Shown: positions 11,872 to 23,735, numbered from the stretch's first letter. The stretch: DNA of 64,000 bases from an uncultured Acidobacteriota bacterium (GCA_963796275.1 CAWCKY010000007.1:288001-352000); one strand, 5' to 3'. The notes: generated by a model from the letters alone, not told the origin. A program made the numbers and translations.

Positions 11872-11990
11872 AGCCCATTCGCCGCTCGAGGTGATAGCGA
11901 TGTTCCTTATCTAGCTCCCGCTCGACCTGGGCTCGGCGGAAGAGTTCGCGCAACCGGAGGGCACCGTATAAAACCAGCGATTGATCCGCT
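11872..11990 (-). pseudogene. Remnant N-terminus of an acidobacterial duplicated ABC permease (ADOP-type)
   Basis: Directly after the PadR stop, manual translation gives RWFYTVP/LRLRELFRRAQVERELDKEHRYHLERR with one indel. This is the typical permease-prefix sequence that follows acidobacterial PadR. It then degenerates. Confidence 0.6.
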
Positions 11991-11993
11991 CTC

Positions 11994-12329
11994 TCAAGCC
12001 TCCTTGAGTCTAACTACCCGCGAGATTGCTGCGGAGAGGCGATTCCAGTTGGCGGCCTCTTTTTCCAGCTCCTTGCGCCCGAGCCGCGTGAGCGAATAGA
12101 ACTTGGCGCGACGATTGTTCTCGCTGGGCTTCCATTCCGCGGTGATCCACCCCTCCTGCTCCAGCTTGTGCAGGGCCGGATAGAGCGACCCGTCGCTGAC
12201 GGATAGAACATCGCCCGAGATCTGCTTCAACCGCTGCCCGATCGCCCAACCATGCTGCGGCTCTAACGCGAGAATCTTCAAGATAAGCAGGTCCAGGGTG
12301 CCCTGAACCAGGTCTGTCGGTTTGCTCAT
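11994..12329 (-). CDS. PadR-family transcriptional regulator (acidobacterial type)
   Basis: QGTLDLLILK...HGWAI...GSLYPALHKLEQEGWI..EW..SENNRRAKFYSLT. ATG 12329 with GGGAGA RBS. Confidence 0.92.
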   Translation of the reverse strand: MSKPTDLVQGTLDLLILKILALEPQHGWAIGQRLKQISGDVLSVSDGSLYPALHKLEQEGWITAEWKPSENNRRAKFYSLTRLGRKELEKEAANWNRLSAAISRVVRLKEA

Positions 12330-12455
12330 TCGTTCTCCCTTGGTTACCGAGATGACTATAATCATTCCCCTCTCGGTAAGCAAGGAGAACGGGCGCACTC
12401 CGCTAAAGATCGATCCGTGGGCTGGTAAGCCTCCCGTAGGAACTCTCGCGATGTG

Positions 12456-12515
12456 AAAAGACCGCGTAAACGCGGAACTCCAAACGCTGTTTCGGAGTTC
12501 CGCCCTCAGGCGGTC
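12456..12515. repeat. REP-like inverted pair (GACCGCGTAAACGCGGAACTCCAAAC / TTCGGAGTTCCGCCCTCAGGCGGTC)
   Basis: 31 nt (aaaagaccgcgtaaacgcggaactccaaacg) are identical to 57587-57617. The partner unit also recurs at 57545-57569. Confidence 0.8.
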
Positions 12516-12641
12516 TTTGTTGCCTGGACTGCAGGTTCTCGATCGACACGCGCGTCCCAGACCTGTTCATAGAGGCAAAGAGCAAAATTTTTGGCCTGCG
12601 TTATTTTTTTCGCCTCTCTTGCAACTGTCCAAACTCGGGAA

Positions 12642-12669
12642 TTGCAGTGATCGTCGCGCATGGTATAAT
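12642..12669 (+). promoter_or_regulatory. Sigma70-type promoter upstream of recA
   Basis: TTGCAG-N16-TATAAT with an extended -10 TG (TGGTATAAT), about 300 nt before the recA ATG. Confidence 0.5.
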
Positions 12670-12976
12670 TCTCCCGTGTTCAGCCGGTAGTTACGAGCTA
12701 AGCGCCGATGGACCAATGAAGGAGAAGAACTCTGATCAGCAAATATCTAGCAACCATTCCCTACCTCAAATACCGTGGTGCAACAACAGATTCCTCTCTC
12801 AATACAGTGGTGGTGCTACTCTGACTATCGCAATGAATCGTCATCCTGCCTGAGTGCGTCGCCATTTCGGTCGAGCTTCCGCACAGCAGACCGTTGGGCA
12901 GCGGGCCGCCAACGAAGGCTAACTTCAAACCACCCAGCTTATGGCTGGCCAATAAATCATATATTTGTGAGGAAAT

Positions 12977-14061
12977 ATGGCTATTGAAAAAAGCGAGAAG
13001 GCTAAAGCTGTTGAAGCGGCTCTCCTCAATATTGAGAAGCAATTCGGCAAAGGCGCAATCATGCGTTTGGGAGAACAGAGGGTCGAAGAGATCCGGTAGT
13101 TTCGACATCCAGCATCGGCATTGACGCGGCCATCGGTGTCGGCGGATTCCCGCGCGGGCGCGTCGTAGAGATCTATGGTCCCGAGAGTTCGGGTAAAACG
13201 ACGCTCGCTCTGCACGTGGTCGCCGAGGCACAGAAGGCGGGCGGCATTGCGGCTTATATCGATGCCGAGCACGCGCTCGATGCCATTTACGCCGAGAAGC
13301 TGGGGGTCAACATCAACGATCTGTTCGTCTCGCAGCCCGATTCGGGCGAGCAGGCGTTGGAGATCACCGAATCTCTCGTCCGCTCGAATGCCGTCGACGT
13401 GCTCGTGATCGACTCGGTTGCCGCACTCACTCCGAGGGCGGAACTCGAAGGCGATATGGGAGACAGCCTGCCGGGGTTGCAGGCTCGTTTGATGTCGCAG
13501 GCTCTTCGTAAATTGACGGCCGTCGTCGGCCGTTCGAATACCTGTTTGATCTTCATCAATCAGATCCGCGAGAAGATAGGGGTAATGTTCGGGTCGCCGG
13601 AAACGACGACCGGCGGGCGCGCGCTCAAGTTCTACTCCTCGGTGCGCGTCGACATCCGCCGCCTGACGCAGATCAAAGACGGCGAGAACATTATAGGCAA
13701 TCGCACCAAGGTCAAGATCGTCAAGAACAAGGTTGCGCCGCCATTTCGGGAAGCGGAGTTTGATATCATGTACGGCGAGGGCATCTCGAAGCTTGGCGAA
13801 CTGATCGACATCGGCGTCGAGCAGAAGATCGTCGAGAAGTCCGGGTCGTGGTTCTCGTACAAAGGCGAGCGACTCGGGCAGGGCCGGGAGAACGCGAAGA
13901 ATACTCTTCGCGATAACAAAGAGCTCTCGGCGAAGGTCGAAGCGGAAGTTCGCGCGGCGCTCGGAATCGGGAAACCGCAAGCGCAGCAGGCCGCTGCTCC
14001 TGCCGCCGCGCCGGCAGTGTCAGGAAACAGGCGCGGGGCCAAAGCGCTAGAGGAAGGATAG
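12977..14061 (+). CDS. recA: Recombinase RecA, single-base frameshift near 13093
   Basis: ATG 12977 gives [32 protein letters not shown]. After gagatccggtag (one base short of ATC CCG GTA GTT) the next frame has [27 protein letters not shown] and KNKVAPPF. Confidence 0.97.
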
Positions 14062-14118
14062 GTAGAACACAAGGGTTAATGAGAATCGCATAGATCTCCA
14101 TACCTGAAGGTTTCGAGG

Positions 14119-14250
14119 AGGTAGCCAGGGGGGATTACGCCGCGTTGCCACCTCGTCATCATCCGGCTGTTTGCTCGGAAGAAACATTTTCTCGTGGCGT
14201 AGCGACGAGAAAATGCCGGATAATGACAAGGTTGCAATACCTGGCTACCT
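14119..14250. other. Long imperfect hairpin between recA and selD (REPIN-like element or structured leader)
   Basis: Nested pairings AGGTAGCCAGG/CCTGGCTACCT, GTCAT-ATCCGGC/GCCGGAT-ATGAC and ATTTTCTCGT/ACGAGAAAAT. Confidence 0.6.
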
Positions 14251-14289
14251 TCTGCTGCGTCTGTCGTGGCAATGTGATTTAATAACTTT

Positions 14290-15327
14290 ATGACAAAAAG
14301 ACTAACAGAATTGGTAGACTGCGCGGGTTGAGCGTCGAAGCTCGCGCCCAGCGTGCTGACCCAGGTTCTGGGCAGTCTACCGAAACAACCGAATGATCCC
14401 AATTTATTGATCGGCTTCGAAAACGCCGATGATGGGGCAGTCTATCGTCTACGCGAGGATCTGGCTATTGTTCAAACGGTCGATTTCTTTACGCCGATCG
14501 TCGATGAGCCCTTCGATTACGGGAGAATAGCGGCGCTCAATTCGATTAACGATGTCTGGGCGATGGGCGGGACGCCGGTTACCGCAATGGCGATCACCTG
14601 CTTTCCCAGGAATGGCGTTGATCCGTCGATTCTCGGTGAAATCATGCGGGGCGGCCTTTCCGCATTGACAGATAACGGTGTGAGATTGGTCGGCGGTCAC
14701 AGCGTGGAGAACGCGCAGATAATGTTCGGTTATGCTGTCACCGGCATAATCCATCCCGATCAGATTGCGTCGAACGACGGCGCGCATCCCGGTGAGACAT
14801 TGATATTGACCAAACCGATCGGTACGGGCGTCATCTCCACCGGCATCAAATTCGGTAAAGCCGATCCGGATGTCGCCGCCCGTTCGATTGCGACGATGTT
14901 GACTCCCGGAGCTAAGGCGGCCGAGGCTATGCGCGAATTCGGCGTCCGAGCCGCGACCGACGTCACAGGTTTTGGCCTGCTCGGCCATGCCTGGGAGCTG
15001 GCGAAAGCGAGCAAAGTTACGCTCGAGATAACCGCCGAACGAGTGCCGATTTTGCCCGGGGCTCTCGACCTGGCTCGACAACGAATGATCACCCGGGGCG
15101 ACCGGACGAATCGTGAATATGTGGGCGGCGATGTCGAGATTGCGAGCGGCATCGGTAAAGAGATGGCGAGTCTGCTCTATGACCCGCAGACGGCGGGCGG
15201 TATGTTGATTGCCATCGCAAGCGATCGAGCGGATGCGATGCTCGCTCTTCTACGTGAGAATTATTCTGATGCTGCCATCATCGGACGGGTGCATGAATAT
15301 CAACTGCGTTCGGTTATTGTTATCTGA
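14290..15327 (+). CDS. selD: Selenide, water dikinase (selenophosphate synthetase), selenocysteine-containing
   Basis: ATG 14290 gives [16 protein letters not shown](14329-31)-ASKLAP, in frame with ORF 14353..15327 ([33 protein letters not shown]). The TGA sits at the catalytic Cys/Sec position of the GxxxK motif. Confidence 0.95.
14356..14375 (+). promoter_or_regulatory. Candidate bacterial SECIS hairpin
   Basis: CTG-A-CCCAG [GTT] CTGGG-CAG stem-loop with a G-initiated loop about 33 nt downstream of the in-frame TGA. Confidence 0.6.
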
Positions 15328-15365
15328 AAGCAGGAAGACGGGATGGAATCACGAGTAGAGATCAT

Positions 15366-16784
15366 ATGGCAGAAAAGATATTAATGGGAGGATGGGTGGC
15401 ACAAGAAGCTGCCAAATATGATGCGATTGTGATCGGTACGGGCCAGGGAGGCAAGCCGCTCGCTATCGCGCTCGCAAATGCCGGCTGGAAGACCGCAATA
15501 ATCGAAAGGGAGGATGTCGGCGGCACCTGCATCAATGTTGGCTGCACGCCTACCAAGACCTTGGTAGGCAGCGCGCGCGTGGCTTATCTCGCGCGGCGCG
15601 CCGAGGATTACGGCGTCTATACGAACGGCATACGGATCAATCTATTCGAGATTCTGCTGCGCAAGCAGGCGGTTGTAGACAGCTTCCGCAATGGCAGCCA
15701 GCGCTCAATTGAACAGACCAAAAACCTCGATCTGATCTTTGGCCACGCAAGTTTCGCCGGTCATCAGTCGATTCTCGTGAAGATGAATAACGGCGGGATG
15801 CGCTATCTCGCAGCCGAAAAGATATTCATCAACACCGGTTGCCGCCCGGCAATTCCCGATGTCGACGGATTTGACAAGGTCCCCGTACTCGATTCGACGT
15901 CGATTATGGAGTTGAGCGAGCTACCCGATCACCTGCTCGTGCTCGGCGGCGGTTACGTCGGCCTCGAATTCGCGCAGATGTTCCGGCGGTTCGGGAGCAG
16001 CGTGACGCTCGTCCAACGCGGCCCGCAGTTATTGGAACACGAAGATCGAGATGTGGCTGATGAAGTTGCCAAGATAATGCGGGAAGATGAAATCGAGCTC
16101 TACCTCAATACTCCTCCCGTGCGAGTCGAGAATGCGGGCGACTCCACTATCAAATTGACGGTACGGACGCTCGCCGGCGAACGAATCCTCATCGGATCGC
16201 ACTTGCTGGCCGCCGCGGGGCGCGTCCCGAACACAGAGGCGTTGAATCTCAGCGCGGTTGGCATAAGAACCGACACGAGAGGCTTCATCAAAGTCAACGA
16301 GCGGCTGGAGACGAGTTCGCCGGGCGTATTCGCGTTGGGCGACGTTAAGGGGGGGCCGCAATTCACGCATATCTCATATGACGATTTTCGCATTATCCGG
16401 AAGAACCTGCTCGAAGGAGGAGTAGCCTCGACTGACGATCGCTTCGTGCCTTATACGGTCTTCATCGATCCGCAGCTCGGGCGAGTCGGCCTGAGCGAGA
16501 CCGAGGCGCGCAGGCTCGGTTTCAATATAAAGATTGCGAAGATGCCGATGAGCCACGTTGCCCGAGCATTGGAGGTAGGCGAGAGCCGCGGTTTTATGAA
16601 GGTCGTCATCGACCCCGTAACCAACCTCATCCTCGGCTGCGCCATTCTGGGCATCGAGGGCGGTGAGATCATGTCGATGATCCAGATCGCTATGATGGGC
16701 AAGCTGCCCTACACGGCTTTGAAAGATGCGACTTTCGCTCATCCGACTTTGGCTGAGTCGCTCAATAATCTGTTGAACATTTGA
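15366..16784 (+). CDS. Class I pyridine nucleotide-disulfide oxidoreductase (mercuric reductase-like/RclA-like)
   Basis: GTGQGG FAD motif, [13 protein letters not shown] redox CxxxxC, GGGYVG and C-terminal HPTLAE. No MerA C-terminal Cys-Cys. Alternative start GTG 15396 after GGAGG. Confidence 0.88.
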   Translation: MAEKILMGGWVAQEAAKYDAIVIGTGQGGKPLAIALANAGWKTAIIEREDVGGTCINVGCTPTKTLVGSARVAYLARRAEDYGVYTNGIRINLFEILLRKQAVVDSFRNGSQRSIEQTKNLDLIFGHASFAGHQSILVKMNNGGMRYLAAEKIFINTGCRPAIPDVDGFDKVPVLDSTSIMELSELPDHLLVLGGGYVGLEFAQMFRRFGSSVTLVQRGPQLLEHEDRDVADEVAKIMREDEIELYLNTPPVRVENAGDSTIKLTVRTLAGERILIGSHLLAAAGRVPNTEALNLSAVGIRTDTRGFIKVNERLETSSPGVFALGDVKGGPQFTHISYDDFRIIRKNLLEGGVASTDDRFVPYTVFIDPQLGRVGLSETEARRLGFNIKIAKMPMSHVARALEVGESRGFMKVVIDPVTNLILGCAILGIEGGEIMSMIQIAMMGKLPYTALKDATFAHPTLAESLNNLLNI

Positions 16785-18128
16785 ATGACATCTCGTACCA
16801 GACAGCATCAAACTTTCGATAGGACTGAAGCGATTATCCAGTTGTTCAAACGGGTTCGCGCTTATACGATGCAAATCGTGGCGCCGCTCGAGATTGAAGA
16901 TTACGTTATTCAGACCGCGGAGTATATGAGCCCGCCGCGCTGGCACATCGGACATACATCGTGGTTTTTTGAGACGCTGCTTCAGACCTATCAACCGGGC
17001 TATCAATCCTACTCTGAAGATTTTCTCTTTTATTTCAATTCCTATTATGAGGGCTTCGGCAAACGAATCGAGCGCGCTCGCCGAGGCACTCGTTCGCGCC
17101 CGACGGTGAAGGAAACGATCCGCTATCGTATGCAGATCGATTCATTGATGCTCAAGTTTTTGGAGGGACTGGAATCGCGCGACGATGCCGAGACGATCAT
17201 CGCCCTCGTCCGATTGGGGCTCGAGCACGAAATTCAGCACCAGGAACTGCTGGTCTACGACATCAAACATCTGCTGTGCGATCTTTACCGGGCGCCCGGA
17301 AATAGGATGCCCGTCTCGCCGGAAATCGTAACCGGTATGGCCGAGATCGAAGGCGGATTGTTCGAACTCGGTTATGAGGGAAGCGACTTCGCCTGGGACA
17401 ACGAGAAACCGCGGCATCAGATTTTTTTACAAGATTTTGCCATCGACCGCGCGCCGGTAAGCAACGGCGATTTCCTCGGATTCATCGATAACGGCGGTTA
17501 TCGGGATTTCCGCTACTGGCTAGCAGAGGGTTGGGATAGGGTGAATCGGGAGCATTGGGAAGCGCCGCTCTACTGGGAGAAGCAAGGTGACGAATGGATG
17601 CTCCGCGATTATCGCGGGTTGCATCGAGTCGAAGAGAAGGCCGGCGAGCCCGTCTCTCACTTGAGTTTTTATGAAGCATCGGCATACGCGAAGTGGGTGG
17701 GGAAACGGCTCCCGACGGAGGCAGAGTGGGAGAAAGCCGCCTGTTTCGATCCGGGAACAAAGAGCAAACGGGATTTTCCCTGGGGAGGAGGCATGCCAGA
17801 GGTCCGGCACGCAAATCTCTCGGAAAATCAGCTCTGGTGTGTGGCGTCTATCGGCGCATACCCGGAAGGGAAGAGCGCATATGGCCTCCAACAGATGATC
17901 GGCGATGTCTGGGAATGGACGAGTTCGGATTACGTGCCTTATCCCGGCTTCCGATCCGAATTTGATGAATATAACGATAAATGGTTCGTGGGGCAAAAAG
18001 TATTGCGCGGCGGATCGTTCGCCACCCCGCAAATACATATTCGATCCACCTATCGGAACTTTTTTCATCCGAACGAGCGGTGGATGGTTTCGGGCTTTCG
18101 TTGCGCAAAGACGCTCCGAGCATTTTAG
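16785..18128 (+). CDS. egtB: EgtB-type non-heme iron sulfoxide synthase (DinB-like + FGE-sulfatase domain)
   Basis: [30 protein letters not shown] iron ligands, [25 protein letters not shown] and YRNFF..GFRC. Confidence 0.88.
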   Translation: MTSRTRQHQTFDRTEAIIQLFKRVRAYTMQIVAPLEIEDYVIQTAEYMSPPRWHIGHTSWFFETLLQTYQPGYQSYSEDFLFYFNSYYEGFGKRIERARRGTRSRPTVKETIRYRMQIDSLMLKFLEGLESRDDAETIIALVRLGLEHEIQHQELLVYDIKHLLCDLYRAPGNRMPVSPEIVTGMAEIEGGLFELGYEGSDFAWDNEKPRHQIFLQDFAIDRAPVSNGDFLGFIDNGGYRDFRYWLAEGWDRVNREHWEAPLYWEKQGDEWMLRDYRGLHRVEEKAGEPVSHLSFYEASAYAKWVGKRLPTEAEWEKAACFDPGTKSKRDFPWGGGMPEVRHANLSENQLWCVASIGAYPEGKSAYGLQQMIGDVWEWTSSDYVPYPGFRSEFDEYNDKWFVGQKVLRGGSFATPQIHIRSTYRNFFHPNERWMVSGFRCAKTLRAF

Positions 18129-18355
18129 ATTTTAAATTTTAAATTTTACATTTGTCATTTATTCACCCTGGATGATGCAGTCAATGACAAATGTAAAATT
18201 TAAGTAGCTGTTCAGCCTCTTCGCCGCTACGCGGCGAAGAGGCTGAGCAGTTCAGTTCTCAGTTTTTCAGTCGACCGAAATACCAATAGTCTTCCGAAGC
18301 AAAACTGAAAACTAAAAATTATTAAATTTAAAATGTAAAATTTAAAATAATAAAG

Positions 18356-18385
<30 letters not shown>
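18124..18385. repeat. Composite repeat region: heptamer arrays, a 21-bp perfect inverted repeat and a 43-bp palindrome
   Basis: ttaaattttacatttgtcatt (18139-59) pairs with aatgacaaatgtaaaatttaa (18183-203). Palindrome ctgttcagcctcttcgccgc-tac-gcggcgaagaggctgagcag at 18208-250. TTTTCAG/AAAACTG arms and AAATGGC/AAATGAC heptamers follow. Confidence 0.8.
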
Positions 18386-19576
<1,191 letters not shown>

Positions 19577-19651
19577 CCGGTAAACGCTATCAGGCGATCG
19601 TATAATGTTGATTGCCATTGTTTGCCGGTTATTTCGGATAAGGGTGTTGCA

Positions 19652-20131
19652 ATGTATTGTCCAAATTGCGGATCGCTGGCTGCTGAAGGTACCAAATTCT
19701 GCCGACAATGCGGATTGTCGTTGAATAGGCTCGCGGAATATATTGCGAGCGGTGGGACAGACACACATCTACCTCAGTCCTCCGAGAGAAAGGCAGGAAG
19801 ACTCACGCCGACACAGCAGTTGGTGCTAACCATAATGTTTTTTGTCTTCACGCCCGCGTTGTTTGGGGTTATAGGTCAACAGATAGGAATGGAGGAAATG
19901 GCTGGTATTCCGGCTGTGTTGATGCCGCTCGGTATCGTCTGGGCGTGCTTTCATTATAAAAACCAACGGCGGCGATTGCGAGAAAATGAAGTGCATCGAA
20001 CGCTGGAGCCGGTCACGCAAAACTTGCAGGCTCAATTATATCAGCCACCGCTCCCGTCGGCGCCGACCAACCCCGTCCGCGGGAGTGTGATTGAAGATGA
20101 AACAAAACAACTGCCGGAGCGCAGACAATGA
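19652..20131 (+). CDS. Zinc-ribbon small membrane protein
   Basis: MYCPNCG...FCRQCG, two TM helices and a C-terminal SVIEDETKQL tail. Confidence 0.75.
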   Translation: MYCPNCGSLAAEGTKFCRQCGLSLNRLAEYIASGGTDTHLPQSSERKAGRLTPTQQLVLTIMFFVFTPALFGVIGQQIGMEEMAGIPAVLMPLGIVWACFHYKNQRRRLRENEVHRTLEPVTQNLQAQLYQPPLPSAPTNPVRGSVIEDETKQLPERRQ

Positions 20132-20166
20132 CGATCTATCGTCTGCGCGGATGATTGTCTTCCAAC

Positions 20167-21261
20167 TCAAGTCTTCAACCCGAGCCCGAGGACATCGCGA
20201 CAGTATTTAATGCTCTTCTCAAGCTCGGAAATTTGATATTCCTGCTCGGCGATCTTGCGGTCTTTACCTTCGGAAGCCCTGAATGGTTCGCGGGACTTAC
20301 CGCTTCGGGCCATTGCCGCGAACCGCGTGAATTCATAGGCACGCACGTCCTGATAAAATTTCCAGAAGTCCTCTTTCAAATACTGGAACTGCCGTTGGAA
20401 TCCGGAGATTATCTCGAGCTGAACCGAGACGCCGGGACAGAGTTCGGCGAAACGATCGACATATTTCGGCCAATCGACCTGCCCCTCGCCCATCGCGGTC
20501 CATTGCACGACCGCCCCTTCCGCATTCTCCCACACGGCCGAGTCGCGAATGCCCGTCGTTACGGCATATGGCCCGAGGATTTCCAGATTGCGCAGCGGGT
20601 CTTCGAGCGTCCACGTCGCATTACCGGAATCCAGCGTCGCGCCGACATAGTCGCGCCCGCACTCCTCGATCAGGTTCACCAGCTCCCAGGCCTGCATATC
20701 GCCGGCGTGATTTTCGATAGCGATCCTCACGCCCGCATCGGTCGCGCGGCTCCGCACGGCCCGGCATACCTTGATCGTGTCTTTAAACCGCCCGTCGAGT
20801 CCTCCCGGAAGTTTACGATCGTCGGCCGTCCCTTGATAGCATCGCACGACCGGTGAGCCGACGGCCTGCGCGACGCGGATAGCAAGCGCTAGATGTTCTT
20901 CCGCCGTGCCGAATCGCGGGTTGAAACTTTTCGCGGACGGGCAGATGCTCCCAGTGCCTGCCTGAATCTCTATCCCTCGGTCGTCAGCCTTTTTCCTGAT
21001 CTCTTTCAGGTAAGATTCATCGTGTTTTTCATAGACGTCGAGGTCAGAAAAAAGAACCGTGTCGACTTTGAGCTTTGCCGCGTAATCGATAAGCTGGGGG
21101 GCTTTCCACCCCATGGCTCGTATCGAGAAGTTATCGAAGCCGAGTTTGATGCCGCGGCGTTTGGGTGATTGTTCGAAGTGAGGATCTAAGTTTGCAGCAA
21201 GAGTAGTCATCGCAAATGAGTTGATAAATTGACGGCGTGATTGATCGAAGTAAGGTTTCAT
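20167..21261 (-). CDS. Sugar phosphate isomerase/epimerase (xylose isomerase-like TIM barrel), probable Tat substrate
   Basis: SRRQF twin-arginine signal, [14 protein letters not shown] and GEGQVDW motifs. Confidence 0.8.
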   Translation of the reverse strand: MKPYFDQSRRQFINSFAMTTLAANLDPHFEQSPKRRGIKLGFDNFSIRAMGWKAPQLIDYAAKLKVDTVLFSDLDVYEKHDESYLKEIRKKADDRGIEIQAGTGSICPSAKSFNPRFGTAEEHLALAIRVAQAVGSPVVRCYQGTADDRKLPGGLDGRFKDTIKVCRAVRSRATDAGVRIAIENHAGDMQAWELVNLIEECGRDYVGATLDSGNATWTLEDPLRNLEILGPYAVTTGIRDSAVWENAEGAVVQWTAMGEGQVDWPKYVDRFAELCPGVSVQLEIISGFQRQFQYLKEDFWKFYQDVRAYEFTRFAAMARSGKSREPFRASEGKDRKIAEQEYQISELEKSIKYCRDVLGLGLKT

Positions 21262-21341
21262 GTTGAATGTCCGGGACTGGATTCGGCCGGCTCCCGAGCC
21301 TGCCGCGCTTTCGAAACATCATCCGGGAAAATTTTCTGTCG

Positions 21342-22136
21342 CTACTTAAGTCGTTGCTCCAGCATCCATTTCATCAGTTCCATCTCTGCGTATGCCTTGT
21401 CCCACGAGTTATGCCCGACACTCTCATATTCGGTATATTTCACGTTTCCTCCGGCAGTTTTTAAGGCTTCGTTCATCTTACGCGACTCTTCGGTCGGTAC
21501 AACATTGTCTTCGCCGCCGTGGAAAATCCAGACCGGCGTCTGGCCGATCTTCTTGGCGGATTGAGCATAAGGATCGAGATTCGGGTCGATGTTTTTCATC
21601 TCCTCGGGCAAGGACGCAGCGGCGCGCACCGGCGGACGAATCCCCCCGCAGACCGGAGCCAGCGCGGCAAACCTGCCGGGGTTCTTCGCGGCAATGCTCC
21701 ACGTGCCGTAGCCACCCATCGATATTCCAGTCAGGTACAGCCGGTCGGTATCGCCGTTGAACTCTTTGACCGATTGCTCCAAGGCTTTTATGGCTTGTTC
21801 CTGCATCGACTGATGCAGCCACCAGAGATTCTTGCGGCATTGCGGTAATACGACGATCGCGGGGAATCGATCGACATACCGGCGAATTGCGGTGCCGATG
21901 CCGACTTCGGTCTGGATCAGACCGTCATCGCCCCGTTCACCCGCTCCGTGAAGAAATAGTATGACGGGCCATTTTTGATTTTTATTCCAATCTCTTGGTA
22001 CGTAGACCTGGTAGCGGTAGGTCTCGTTTCCGTCTTTAACTATGCGATCGAGGAATCCCGTCTCTCCGGCCCTTGCGTTCACGGCGAATAATAAGAGAAA
22101 TAGTATTGAACAGGCTAAATAGTGTAATTTGCTCAT
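21342..22136 (-). CDS. Secreted alpha/beta hydrolase (phospholipase/carboxylesterase/peptidase S9-like)
   Basis: Signal peptide, LFLHGAGERG, nucleophile GISMGG, FHGGED and GHNSW. Confidence 0.85.
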   Translation of the reverse strand: MSKLHYLACSILFLLLFAVNARAGETGFLDRIVKDGNETYRYQVYVPRDWNKNQKWPVILFLHGAGERGDDGLIQTEVGIGTAIRRYVDRFPAIVVLPQCRKNLWWLHQSMQEQAIKALEQSVKEFNGDTDRLYLTGISMGGYGTWSIAAKNPGRFAALAPVCGGIRPPVRAAASLPEEMKNIDPNLDPYAQSAKKIGQTPVWIFHGGEDNVVPTEESRKMNEALKTAGGNVKYTEYESVGHNSWDKAYAEMELMKWMLEQRLK

Positions 22137-22403
22137 TCTGTTGCCCTTTGAAGATGAATGTGCGGACGCATTCTATTCGCCTGTCTCCAACTCCGCAAGC
22201 CGGGATCTAACTCGGGTTTCCACGATTCGGGGAAATATATCCAGCTATGATCTTCGTTTTTTCTTGAAATCTATAAAATCTATGGATTTTTGATATTCTT
22301 ATGGAACCAAACTATGTCTTGATCCGTAGCATCTGTTCGAGTAGCATCCACTGTCGAAGGCAATACACAGGCTCCCTTGCCGACATTTCAGAGGTGAAGT
22401 TAA

Positions 22404-23735
22404 ATGATATCTGCAAAGAAGGCAGTCATAGTTTTATCCTGCCTCTCCTTTTTTTCCATAGTCGGGCGAGCTCAGCAATTTCAGATCAAAACGCATAATT
22501 TGAAGAACGGAATGAAGATCATCGTCGAGGAAGACCGTTCTATCCCAAACGTAGCGCTTTATATCTTTTACCGCATCGGCTCGCGCAACGAACGTCCGGG
22601 AACGACGGGTTTATCACATTTCTTCGAGCATATGATGTTCAATGGCGCGAAGAAGTACGGTCCGAAGCAGTTCGATCAGGTGATGGAGGCTTCTGGAGGC
22701 TCGAATAATGCTTACACCAGCCGCGATCTGACCGTCTACCAGGATTGGTTTCCCAAATCGGTAACCGAACTGATCTTCGACCTCGAGTCCGACCGCATCG
22801 CCAATCTGAGCTTCGATCCCAAGATTATCGAATCAGAACGCGGAGTAGTGGCGTCGGAACGCCGATCTTCGGTCGATAACGATAATTTCGGTATTCTCTT
22901 CGAGCAGCTCTATTCGTCTGCCTACATCGCTCATCCATATCAATGGCCGATAGTGGGATGGATGGTTGATATCGAAAACTGGAAGATGGAGGACCTCAAA
23001 CGCCATTTCGAGATGGGTTATTCGCCTTCGAACGCGACGATGGTGGTGAGCGGAGACGTGAACGCGGAAGAGATTTTCCGCCTCGCCGAGAAATACATCG
23101 AACCGATCAAATCGCACACGCCGCCGGCGGCCGTGACGACGAGCGAGCCGGAGCAATTCGGCGAGCGGCGGGTGACGGTGAGAAAATTCGGCCAATTACC
23201 GATCTTGATGCTCGGCTATCACGTGCCGCAAGCTGCCAGTTCCGATTATTACGCGCTGCGGGTTTTTGAGACGATACTCTTTGCCGGCCAAAGCTCGAGG
23301 ATGTATCAACGTATCGTAGACAAGGATCAGCTGGGCCTGTTTATCGATAGCGATATGAGTTTCTCATTCGATCCGACATTGTTCGCGATAGTCACGCAGC
23401 CTAAAGCCGGCGTCAAGCCGGAGGCGGTCGAGCGCGCAATCTACGAGGAACTCGACCGAGTCAAATCACAACCGGTGATGGACCAGGAACTGGAGAAGGC
23501 GAAAAACATCCTGCTCGCCAATTTCTACCGAGAGATGAAGACGATCAACGGTAAAGCCAATACGATCGGGAGCTACGAGGTTTTTTTCGGCGATTACCGA
23601 AAACTCTTTACGGCCGCCGAGGAATACCAAAAGGTGACGAAGGAAGATGTGAAACGGGTTGCGCAAAAGTATTTCAGCGATAAGAACCGAACGGTCGCCA
23701 CGCTGGTTCCGGAGAAACAGGAGGAGGGGAAATAG
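22404..23735 (+). CDS. M16 (pitrilysin-family) zinc peptidase, catalytic subunit
   Basis: Inverted zinc motif HFFEH, NAYTS and a signal peptide. Confidence 0.92.
   Translation: MISAKKAVIVLSCLSFFSIVGRAQQFQIKTHNLKNGMKIIVEEDRSIPNVALYIFYRIGSRNERPGTTGLSHFFEHMMFNGAKKYGPKQFDQVMEASGGSNNAYTSRDLTVYQDWFPKSVTELIFDLESDRIANLSFDPKIIESERGVVASERRSSVDNDNFGILFEQLYSSAYIAHPYQWPIVGWMVDIENWKMEDLKRHFEMGYSPSNATMVVSGDVNAEEIFRLAEKYIEPIKSHTPPAAVTTSEPEQFGERRVTVRKFGQLPILMLGYHVPQAASSDYYALRVFETILFAGQSSRMYQRIVDKDQLGLFIDSDMSFSFDPTLFAIVTQPKAGVKPEAVERAIYEELDRVKSQPVMDQELEKAKNILLANFYREMKTINGKANTIGSYEVFFGDYRKLFTAAEEYQKVTKEDVKRVAQKYFSDKNRTVATLVPEKQEEGK

Noticed and set aside
12678-12694. LexA box near the recA promoter (GTTC...GTTA)
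   Set aside because: The spacing (N8) and second half-site do not fit GTTC-N7-GTTC, so it is too weak to call.
13085-13100. Programmed frameshift or pseudogenization of recA
   Set aside because: There is no slippery heptamer, both halves are fully conserved, and similar single indels elsewhere point to sequencing error.
15366-16784. merA mercury resistance gene
   Set aside because: No C-terminal Cys-Cys pair, no NmerA domain and no mer operon genes nearby.
16785-18128. Calling this gene senA (canonical selenoneine synthase)
   Set aside because: Its motifs ([19 protein letters not shown], HExQHQELL) follow the EgtB pattern, and no senB glycosyltransferase is adjacent.
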